Virus record (IMG/VR): IMGVR_UViG_3300033067_001335
Coordinates: 1-46,229 of that record
Direction: 5' to 3' (one strand)
DNA from: a virus
Lineage: Duplodnaviria > Caudoviricetes
DNA length: 46,229 nt
Position 1 is the first letter of the stretch; each line of letters opens with the position of its first letter. Below are positions 16,079 through 23,584 of this stretch, one piece after another. Both the position numbers and the translations under genes were made by a program. The notes under the pieces are model-generated. The model ran no database searches. It was not told where the DNA came from and saw only the letters and a program-made list of their open reading frames with translations.

Positions 16079-16393
16079 ATGAATGACGACTTGAAGTGGC
16101 AAGAGAGCGTGCAGAACTTCCGAACCACTCGCACAGTCAAGCTGCTCACCGGCGAGGTCAAGTTTGAAGTGGCGATGGTTGAGCAGCGAGTTTGGGAAGC
16201 CAAGCTGGACCCATTCACCCTGTCAATCATTGAGGGCGATCTGTATTACGCAGCGCGGGCCTCCGTCTTGATGAAAGATGGCAGGTATGTCTATGGCCCA
16301 GATATGGAGTCGGCCAAAGAGGCGCTGCTGACCTATATGGTCGACGCATTCGAGTCCTATGTGTCAGTGTTGCAAGAGGCAATGAATCAATGA
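16079..16393 (+). CDS. Hypothetical protein
   Basis: 104-aa ORF in operon orientation. Confidence 0.7.
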   Translation: MNDDLKWQESVQNFRTTRTVKLLTGEVKFEVAMVEQRVWEAKLDPFTLSIIEGDLYYAARASVLMKDGRYVYGPDMESAKEALLTYMVDAFESYVSVLQEAMNQ

Positions 16394-16644
16394 TCACCCC
16401 AATCTCGCCTGAATCCGTCCAATCGCTACAATGGCAATCAGACCCGTATTGCTTGGGGTTTATTGAGGCTATCTCAAAAGGTCTTATCGAGGCATGGCAG
16501 GAAGAACACGCTGGAAAATCTATCTCCGTCGATCCATCGTTCGGCGCGCCCGCGATACCGTCAGCATTGACAAACAACGCCACTTTGCCGAGCAATGGCT
16601 CGAAGAGAACCATATCCCAGCCGATCAAGTCGATTGGTTTGTAG
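16390..16644 (+). CDS. Small ORF overlapping the serine recombinase start
   Basis: ATGA coupling to upstream gene; 151-nt out-of-frame overlap with the recombinase. Confidence 0.45.
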   Translation: MITPISPESVQSLQWQSDPYCLGFIEAISKGLIEAWQEEHAGKSISVDPSFGAPAIPSALTNNATLPSNGSKRTISQPIKSIGL

Positions 16645-18077
16645 ACGCGCAGGGCCATCGCTCGGCGCGCTGGGAGACCACGCGCCCTGAGTGGATGCGC
16701 GTTAAGGCCGAGCTGCTGCTGCCCTCAACCGCAGGCCTGTGGTGCTTTGAGATGGACCGCACGCACCGCAATGTGCGCGCCACTGCCGAGCTGGTTGAGA
16801 CCGCACAGAACACCGGCCTGCGCCTTGTCTCATACAAAGACAACATCGACACCGCCAATGGTCTCAACTCAGATGACTTGGTGGTGATCATGCTGAAGGC
16901 GGCATTGGCCCAGCGCGAGAGCAGCAAGGCCTCCGAGCGCATGACCGATGCCATCCATGAGCGCGTGCGAGATCTCGGCCCGTGGGGCACACCGCCGTTT
17001 GGCGCGATCTACACCGGCGAGGGCAAGACCATGCGCCAGATCGTTAATCCGCCCCACGATGCAACGATGCGCGAGATGTGCCGTATCTACGCCGCCGGCG
17101 CATCGTATGGCGAGACTGGTGATGAGATGAACCGGCTTGGCTTGCTCAACCTCAGTCGCGGCAAGGCCATGGTGCCGTGGAATCGTGAGACGGTGCGCAG
17201 CGCCCTGCACAACGTCCTGAGCCTCAACGGGTGGCGCACACCGCTGAAGTTCAACAAGGATGCCAAGATCATGCTTGGGGAAGGGCAGGGGAGTGCAATC
17301 GAGAAATATGCTGAGTCGGTGAAGGCCGAGCGATCGAGCAAGTTTGATGCGGTTGTTGATGACGCGCTCGCCAGCGCCGTCGTCGAGCGCCGCGCTCGTG
17401 CCCAGCGTGGCCAGCGCCCAACCATCTACGCGATGCTCACGCCCATTCTGTGGATGACCGGACACAACCGCCCCATGTATGCCAACAAGGGCCATCTCTA
17501 CAAGACCCATGGCAGGCCAGTTCGCCAGATCGAGGTCACATTCGTCGATGAGATGTTAGTCGCTAAGTTATCTGATCTGCAATTCCCGATAGAGATGCGC
17601 GAGATGATTAAACGCAACGTGTCCAGCGCCACCAACAATCAAGACACTGAAGCGGCAGGCAAGGAGATGCAGCGGTTGATGCGTAAGGCCGCCCGCCTGC
17701 GCGAGCTGTATGCAGATGGGACCATTGAGGATCGAAATGACTTTGACCGGCAGTATGAAGCGACCAAGACCCTGATCCGCGATGCCGAGAAGCGCATGAG
17801 CGTGTCGCCTGAGGTGGATGGCATCATGCAGCATCTCACCATGATGGCCGACACATTGATGCGTGTGGCGCCGCTCAGGCGCAAACAGGCCATTCAGAAT
17901 CTGTTCAGTAGGGTAGAAATAAATGAAGCGGGTGAAATCACCCGCCTCTTTATGCGCGATTGGGCCCGGCAAGCCTTTGTTGCTATAGCCACGTATGGGC
18001 TACAAAATGCGCTGGACAGGAGTCCAGCACCAACCGTAGCCTCATTGGATTGGTTGATGCAGAGGATGGCGGCGTAG
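16494..18077 (+). CDS. Large serine recombinase (integrase)
   Basis: IYLRRS catalytic motif, S.DKQ, G.RSA...RP, DRTHRN, ES...SER, G..PFG, C-terminal coiled coil. Confidence 0.9.
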   Translation: MAGRTRWKIYLRRSIVRRARDTVSIDKQRHFAEQWLEENHIPADQVDWFVDAQGHRSARWETTRPEWMRVKAELLLPSTAGLWCFEMDRTHRNVRATAELVETAQNTGLRLVSYKDNIDTANGLNSDDLVVIMLKAALAQRESSKASERMTDAIHERVRDLGPWGTPPFGAIYTGEGKTMRQIVNPPHDATMREMCRIYAAGASYGETGDEMNRLGLLNLSRGKAMVPWNRETVRSALHNVLSLNGWRTPLKFNKDAKIMLGEGQGSAIEKYAESVKAERSSKFDAVVDDALASAVVERRARAQRGQRPTIYAMLTPILWMTGHNRPMYANKGHLYKTHGRPVRQIEVTFVDEMLVAKLSDLQFPIEMREMIKRNVSSATNNQDTEAAGKEMQRLMRKAARLRELYADGTIEDRNDFDRQYEATKTLIRDAEKRMSVSPEVDGIMQHLTMMADTLMRVAPLRRKQAIQNLFSRVEINEAGEITRLFMRDWARQAFVAIATYGLQNALDRSPAPTVASLDWLMQRMAA

Positions 18078-18175
18078 GGTGGGGTAGCGATTAGGACTTT
18101 TGCAATGAAGATTAACAACAGGGCGTAATATCAATACAAAGCAACGTGGTTTATTCTGCTACGTGCTTTAAAACT

Positions 18176-18397
18176 ATGGCAATTCTAGCACCCAGTTGGG
18201 AATCAGAAATAACCTGTCCCGTCTGTACCCATGTGCAAGTCGAATTAATTCCACCGGATACATGAATGGCGTTTTATCGATGTGCCAGTTGTGGCACCGT
18301 CCTGCGCCCGCTACCGGGCGATTGTTGCGTATTTTGCTCGTATGGCTCAATCGATTGTGATGGGCAACGTAATTCGACCAGTGAAAAGGGAGATTGA
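18176..18397 (+). CDS. GDCCVxC-domain selenoprotein (73 aa; TGA 18263-18265 read as Sec)
   Basis: MAILAPSWESEITCPVCTHVQVELIPPDT-U-MAFYRCASCGTVLRPLPGDCCVFCSYGSIDC...; not in the ORF track because TGA splits it. Confidence 0.85.
18279..18301 (+). promoter_or_regulatory. Putative bacterial SECIS element
   Basis: gat-GTGCCA-GTTG-TGGCAC-c-gtc hairpin; apical loop starts with G, after a 22-nt spacer from the in-frame TGA. Confidence 0.7.
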
Positions 18398-18425
18398 TAA
18401 CAGTGCCAATACAAATGTTGAGTTA

Positions 18426-18453
18426 TTTACTATCTAAACAAAGTTGATATAAT
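18426..18453 (+). promoter_or_regulatory. Promoter of the tyrosine recombinase
   Basis: TTTACT-16 bp-TATAAT with TGn extended -10. Confidence 0.65.
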
Positions 18454-18469
18454 GCACCTTATAGTAACT
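18442..18469. other. dif/lox-like tyrosine recombinase core site
   Basis: AGTTGATATAA-TGCACC-TTATAGTAACT: 11-6-11, arms 9/11 inverted match, 16 nt before the recombinase ATG. Confidence 0.75.
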
Positions 18470-18485
18470 TATTGCAATTCTGACT

Positions 18486-19406
18486 ATGAGTAAAGCTATT
18501 TCAATCCGACAGAACACCGTAAATCCTGCTGCGGCGTATCTCGCGAGCCTTCGAAGCGAGGTTGGCCGCCGATCAATGCGATCGCGACTTAGCGCAGTTG
18601 CGCGGGCGATGAATGCATCAAGCATTCGCACGATGGATTGGGCAACGCTCAATGCTGCGAACGTGCAGGGCATCATCAACAAGATCGACGGCGCGCCAGC
18701 CACGATTAACACTACCCTTGCGGCGTTGCGCGGCGTGGCCAAGAGCGCGTGGCGACTGGGGGTTATCTCGCGTGAGACGCTGGATCAGATCAATGATGTG
18801 AAAGGCGCGCGTGGATCTCGGCTGGCCGCTGGGCGGGATGTGCCAATCACTGAGCGCGCTGCGCTCTTGGCGGTGTGCAAAGCGGGCGAGCGCGCCATTG
18901 ATCGGCGCGACGCTGCCATGTTGGCTATGGTGATGGCCACTGGCATGCGGCGCGAGGAGCTCGTTACGCTGTCCGTGGGAGATCTCACCTATGAGGATGA
19001 TCAGATCACGGTGAGAGTGCAGGGCAAAGGCAATAAAGAACGTGAGGTTTATGTGAGTGGTCCAGCCATGCGTGCAATTGAGATTTGGTTTGATTCACGC
19101 GGTCGCGGTGCCGGCGCTCTATTTTGCTATGTGACTCGAGGCAATCGCGTGGTGACCGATCACCAGATCAGCACCACGGCAGCAAGCAAGCGCCTTGATC
19201 GGCGCGCCGAGGCCGCTGGCATCAAGGATTTGGGTTGGCATGACTTCCGGCGCACTTACGCCGGCGACATGCTCGACAGTGGCGCCGATATTTCGACCAC
19301 GGCGGCGTTGATGGGCCATAGCGATGTGCGCACCACTCAGCGCTATGATCGACGGCCCAAGGCTACACGCAAGGCTGCTGCAGCACGGGTTAAGGTGCCG
19401 TTTTAG
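18486..19406 (+). CDS. Tyrosine recombinase (Xer/Cre-like, no arm-binding domain)
   Basis: TGMRREEL, KGNKER, HDFRR, LMGH, TTQRY catalytic set; 306 aa. Confidence 0.95.
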   Translation: MSKAISIRQNTVNPAAAYLASLRSEVGRRSMRSRLSAVARAMNASSIRTMDWATLNAANVQGIINKIDGAPATINTTLAALRGVAKSAWRLGVISRETLDQINDVKGARGSRLAAGRDVPITERAALLAVCKAGERAIDRRDAAMLAMVMATGMRREELVTLSVGDLTYEDDQITVRVQGKGNKEREVYVSGPAMRAIEIWFDSRGRGAGALFCYVTRGNRVVTDHQISTTAASKRLDRRAEAAGIKDLGWHDFRRTYAGDMLDSGADISTTAALMGHSDVRTTQRYDRRPKATRKAAAARVKVPF

Positions 19407-19410
19407 GAAC

Positions 19411-19626
19411 ATGACCAATTACCCGCTCCCCACTCCTCACATGTTTGCGGTGCACCGCAGAGTTGTGATCCTTACCCAATTCCGTTGGCAAGTTGCGATC
19501 GAGACAACTCAGGCCATGACCCAGCTTCAGCGCCTCATCGGAGATGCGGTACTGCCTGCGCTGCAGCGATTTGCCGATGCGCTGGGATCAATGGACCTAG
19601 AGGGTCTCGATGGCGAACAGGAGTAG
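19411..19626 (+). CDS. Hypothetical protein
   Basis: ATG 4 nt after the recombinase stop; converges on the late arm. Confidence 0.55.
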   Translation: MTNYPLPTPHMFAVHRRVVILTQFRWQVAIETTQAMTQLQRLIGDAVLPALQRFADALGSMDLEGLDGEQE

Positions 19627-19632
19627 CCCCAA

Positions 19633-20100
19633 TCACCCCGGCGCATTCACCAGCGCCTCGAGCTCAGCATCCACTGCATTGGCCGCCTGATAGTGAAGAT
19701 TGCCAACGATGCCGCGCTTCTGGGTGATTGACTGTACCTGTGCCTCAAGCCCGCGCATATATTGCTCAAGGAAACTCGTCACAATCCGCTTCGCATTCTG
19801 CCCGCCGGCGTCGATGATGGCTTGCATGGCGGCATCATCCATATCATCGATCTGGTCACGCAGTTCCACAAGTGTAGCCGTCGCCTTGTCGTATCCGGCA
19901 TTGGCCACATCGATGGTCTGCTGTGCGCTTGTGCGCATGACGCCCGCCTCTTCGGCAAACCCAGCCGCATCAAGTGCATCGGCGGCCTCTAGCCTGCGCT
20001 GAAACGGCGCGAGCGCAGCTGCGCGCTCGGCATCGCTGTCATTGATTTGCCCTTGCGCCAAGGCCTGCGCACCGGCGCGTAGTGATTGAACTGTGATCAT
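19633..20100 (-). CDS. Hypothetical helical protein (end of tail operon)
   Basis: AGGAG RBS before ATG 20100 (MITVQSLR...). Confidence 0.8.
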   Translation of the reverse strand: MITVQSLRAGAQALAQGQINDSDAERAAALAPFQRRLEAADALDAAGFAEEAGVMRTSAQQTIDVANAGYDKATATLVELRDQIDDMDDAAMQAIIDAGGQNAKRIVTSFLEQYMRGLEAQVQSITQKRGIVGNLHYQAANAVDAELEALVNAPG

Positions 20101-20110
20101 GTAATTACTC

Positions 20111-20512
20111 CTATAACTCAAACCAAACTGAATCAAAGCTGATGTAAGTGTTATTGCCAGTCTGCGGGATGATGTCGCCGGCGGTCGTGACATCCAATTC
20201 GCCGGATCCGCCAACCGTGCGATGCAACAGGCGGCGGCGCTTGCTGGGGCGAGCGGCGGTGGGCAAGTTACCGCAAGCTGTATTGATCACTCCATTCTTG
20301 ATCAACCCACGCAGGTGAACGTATTTGCCGTCGATGCGATATGCCAATTTGTCGTCACTGCCGCTGAAATCAACCCATGCAAAGAGTAGCGCGATGTTGG
20401 TCCAAGCACCATCGCCTGAGCGATACTGCTCAATGCGGTTGAGCTCGTTGACTTGCCGCTGCAAGTCCGCTACACGGTCAACAAGCTTTTGGGTTACATC
20501 TTCCGGCGTCAT
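20111..20512 (-). CDS. Small tail fibre/receptor-binding-like protein
   Basis: N-terminal coiled coil then YRIDGKYVHLRG...LPTAARP beta domain typical of siphovirus RBP heads; ATGA coupling. Confidence 0.7.
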   Translation of the reverse strand: MTPEDVTQKLVDRVADLQRQVNELNRIEQYRSGDGAWTNIALLFAWVDFSGSDDKLAYRIDGKYVHLRGLIKNGVINTACGNLPTAARPSKRRRLLHRTVGGSGELDVTTAGDIIPQTGNNTYISFDSVWFEL

Positions 20513-21609
20513 ATCGCTACACACTCCACGGCCACATCTTCTGCGCCGTCCTCGTTGTGCGAGATGGTCACTCGCTGAATCTTCTGCGTCGTCGTCACGC
20601 CGCGATATTCTGCACTCACCAAGTCGCCCAAGAAATAGTGCACGCCATACGCTGTCGATTTAGTTTGCAGCGGCTTGAACGCGAGCGATGGCCGCGCCTG
20701 CCGGTCGTAGAGTTCACCGTCGCCCACCGCCTCAAGGGCCGTGACGGTCTTGTAGCTTGAGCCATTCACAAACGTTTCAATGTTGTTGGTCGATGAGTTG
20801 AACGCGGCAGAGCTACGCACCACCACCACGCGGTCAGCGCCCTTCCCCTCCCCGCCGACGATTGCCACCGTTTTCTCTTCGGTGTAATCCACGACATAGT
20901 GTGGCTCGGTCATGTTGCCATTGGCAAGGCTAAATACAACCGTGCCGGTTTTGTCCGTCCCAAGTTGGCCGGGATAGAACCTAAATTCGAAGGTTTGAGG
21001 CGCGGTCTTCACCAGCGCGAAGTCACCACCGGCACCAGCTGCAACAAGATTCTGCAACGCCTCCAGTAGATTGTCTTCGGGCGCACAGCTCCAGCTCTTG
21101 GTATTACCACGTGCGCCGTCTGCCTCGGTGGTGATGCCGGTGATCACAGCATCGCGAATCCGACCATTGCTGGCTAGCGCCAAAGAACCCGCATTGTATT
21201 TAACGAGGTTCTTCATGATCGTCTCGGCCTTGACGCTCGCAAACTCGGATCGATCAGCAACGCCGGTGTACCACGCAATGGTTCGCCATGCGAGCTGGCC
21301 GAGGATGTCCATCGCCCCAAACGTGGCAACGGTCTTCCCATCTGAGTCGGTTGCAAAATCTTGGGGCTTGCGCAGGATACCTACAAAGTCGCAATACCAG
21401 TCAATGCCATAGTCAAGATTGCGCTTGTAGACCTCGATTTGGGCTTTGTCCACCAAATCACTCATCGCAATATGGTTGTCGGGCAGCTGGAACACGCAGT
21501 AGTCAAATGTATTGACCGAGCGCGTATAGACCAGCGTGAGATAGTCGCTGATCAAGCGCTTCTCGACGCCGGCGGCGGTCAGGACGGAGATGTAGAACTC
21601 AGCACCCAT
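20509..21609 (-). CDS. Tail tip/hub protein (ReqiPepy6 Gp37-like)
   Basis: VFSLANGNM, AIVGGEGKGADR, YGVHYFLGDLVS; position after Dit. Confidence 0.8.
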   Translation of the reverse strand: MGAEFYISVLTAAGVEKRLISDYLTLVYTRSVNTFDYCVFQLPDNHIAMSDLVDKAQIEVYKRNLDYGIDWYCDFVGILRKPQDFATDSDGKTVATFGAMDILGQLAWRTIAWYTGVADRSEFASVKAETIMKNLVKYNAGSLALASNGRIRDAVITGITTEADGARGNTKSWSCAPEDNLLEALQNLVAAGAGGDFALVKTAPQTFEFRFYPGQLGTDKTGTVVFSLANGNMTEPHYVVDYTEEKTVAIVGGEGKGADRVVVVRSSAAFNSSTNNIETFVNGSSYKTVTALEAVGDGELYDRQARPSLAFKPLQTKSTAYGVHYFLGDLVSAEYRGVTTTQKIQRVTISHNEDGAEDVAVECVAI

Positions 21610-21615
21610 GCGCGT

Positions 21616-22677
21616 TTATTCACCAACGATGTAGGCAAGGCAGGTGACAGTCGTGTTTAGAAATGAACCATCGGAGCTGTATGCGACAACGGTATATTGC
21701 GTGCTTGAAATAGCCCGCATCATTACGCGCAGGCCTACCAAAGATGCATCCATCATGATCGGCACAACCATTGCTTTCTTTGTAAAGGACGCGGGGAAAT
21801 TGCGTGTAACGATGGATTGAGGTGAGGATGAAAATGTCATGCCAAATACATCCACGTAAGCGCGTTGTGATCCGGGTGTGTATTGGTTATTCCCCGGCAC
21901 GGTCCAGTCATTTGCGTCACCACCGACGCGGGCAGCAATGTTGAGAATGCCGCCGGCGATCTTTGCGCCTGTCACCGCGCCATCGCCAATCTTGGCAGTT
22001 GTGACCGCGCCGTCAGCAAGCTCGGCGTTGCCCACGGATCCGTCCGCAATCTCGCTCGCCCCCACTGCGCCCGCTGCGATCTTCGCGGCAGTCACTGAGT
22101 CATCAGCTAACTTTGCGGTCGAGACCCCGCCGTTTTTGATGCTCATGATGTTGGAGACCAATTGCAGCGACGTGTTATCTGCGGAGACGACATTGGCCAA
22201 GGCGTCTTTCAGATACTTGCGCTTATCAGTGAGTGTGATCGTCCCACCCACTGCCATCCACACTTCCCATAGCGCAATCTCCCATGTGCTGCCCGCCTGA
22301 GTCACGCCCGGCACTGCCCCGCCCTCTGAGCCCGATTTGTAAGCAAGACGGATGGTCTGCGCGGTGGTATCGAGGCGCAGCACAACGAGGTCCTTGCGTG
22401 TGGACAGCGACACACTGGCTACAGCAAAATTGGTGCTACTGGGCTCGTCATACCAGTAGCCATTCACAATGCCGCCACCGCCGCTGACGGTCACTTGGTT
22501 CGCGCCAGTGATGGTGCAGTTGCAATCGCCCGTGGCGCCATAGCCCTGCACCAGCGCCTCAGTTGTTGGGTCACTGAGGTAAAGCATTTTGAGCATGCGC
22601 TGCCAGTCGGATAGGCTGTAGCCCGTGCTGGCATCGCCCGTGCCGTTGGTGGTAAAAAAACCTGATTTTGGAGCCAT
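21616..22677 (-). CDS. Minor tail/baseplate-fibre protein
   Basis: NGYWY, RKDLVVLRLD, WEIAL, LTDKR motifs and VT(T/A)AK(L/I)ADG 10-aa repeats. Confidence 0.8.
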   Translation of the reverse strand: MAPKSGFFTTNGTGDASTGYSLSDWQRMLKMLYLSDPTTEALVQGYGATGDCNCTITGANQVTVSGGGGIVNGYWYDEPSSTNFAVASVSLSTRKDLVVLRLDTTAQTIRLAYKSGSEGGAVPGVTQAGSTWEIALWEVWMAVGGTITLTDKRKYLKDALANVVSADNTSLQLVSNIMSIKNGGVSTAKLADDSVTAAKIAAGAVGASEIADGSVGNAELADGAVTTAKIGDGAVTGAKIAGGILNIAARVGGDANDWTVPGNNQYTPGSQRAYVDVFGMTFSSSPQSIVTRNFPASFTKKAMVVPIMMDASLVGLRVMMRAISSTQYTVVAYSSDGSFLNTTVTCLAYIVGE

Positions 22678-22680
22678 GGT

Positions 22681-23583
22681 TTAGAGTCCTATATATCGCT
22701 TGTTGAATTGCAAATAGATGCGCGTGTTGGAGTCAATTCCGGCCATAAAAAACCGCAAACTGTTTTCGCCCGGCGCGATCTTGAACGTCGCCTTATCGCC
22801 TGCCCACTTGTCCAGCACGCTTGCGCCCGCCTCATCAAGAAACGACTTCGCCCCATATCGAAAATCGATCGTGATGGTTTTGCCTGCCGCGATCGCAATG
22901 CCGGAATTGATTACCCCGTTCCCGCTTGGCCAATCGATGGTGCCCTGATTGGCGATCTGGCAATTTGTGTATGGGCCTTTAATCGTTGCGACTGGGTAAA
23001 TGTCCCATGCGCCGGGATCCGAGTGATTGAACACAATCGTTTCAAGGATGCTGGTTACGCCAAACGATGTCGGTACCACTGTCGGCACGGTGAATCCAGC
23101 CGCCGAATAGAGCGACGTCGGCAATACCGTGGTCAGCTCTGGGTCGTAAAACGTTGGGTCAGGCGCATACAGTTGCACCACATCGTTAAACGCCTGTTGA
23201 ATCATGCCCGAGGAAGGCAGCGATAACCCGCCTGTGCAATGGCAGTCAATGCAACGTGTGCGCGCCCCGCTTGATGTGGCAAATATCCACTTGAGCGTGA
23301 TCGTCTTGCCGGGCTTGAGGATTTCAATGAGCTCTTGGCGGCGGTCATGGAATTGCGCCGGCGTAGCGGCATAGGCCATGATCGACAGCAGGATGGTGCG
23401 CGGATCCAGACGATAGCCGACATCTGTCACGCCGTCCTGCATTGGCCCGCGCTGGCCGATGCGGTGCAACGGCGCCATGCCGAGGCCGTCGAACTCAATC
23501 ACATGGTATTTCACCATGTCGCTGATTTCGAGCGTTTTGCCGCCTCGGATGATGTAGATGTATTCGCCGTTTGGATGTGCCAT
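22681..23583 (-). CDS. Distal tail protein (Dit-like)
   Basis: Immediately after TMP; QDG...PRTI, APDPTFY, N.G, YP..I.GP, IAPGENSL. Confidence 0.8.
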   Translation of the reverse strand: MAHPNGEYIYIIRGGKTLEISDMVKYHVIEFDGLGMAPLHRIGQRGPMQDGVTDVGYRLDPRTILLSIMAYAATPAQFHDRRQELIEILKPGKTITLKWIFATSSGARTRCIDCHCTGGLSLPSSGMIQQAFNDVVQLYAPDPTFYDPELTTVLPTSLYSAAGFTVPTVVPTSFGVTSILETIVFNHSDPGAWDIYPVATIKGPYTNCQIANQGTIDWPSGNGVINSGIAIAAGKTITIDFRYGAKSFLDEAGASVLDKWAGDKATFKIAPGENSLRFFMAGIDSNTRIYLQFNKRYIGL

Positions 23584-23584
23584 G

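Noticed and set aside
16450-16520. -1 frameshift fusing ORF 16390 to the serine recombinase
   Set aside because: No in-phase canonical heptamer after the stop at 16464-16466 in the recombinase frame; a normal ATG exists at 16494
18176-18397. GDCCVxC gene as a simple pseudogene
   Set aside because: Less favoured because the only lesion is a TGA at a Cys-equivalent position followed by a SECIS-like hairpin; not fully excluded
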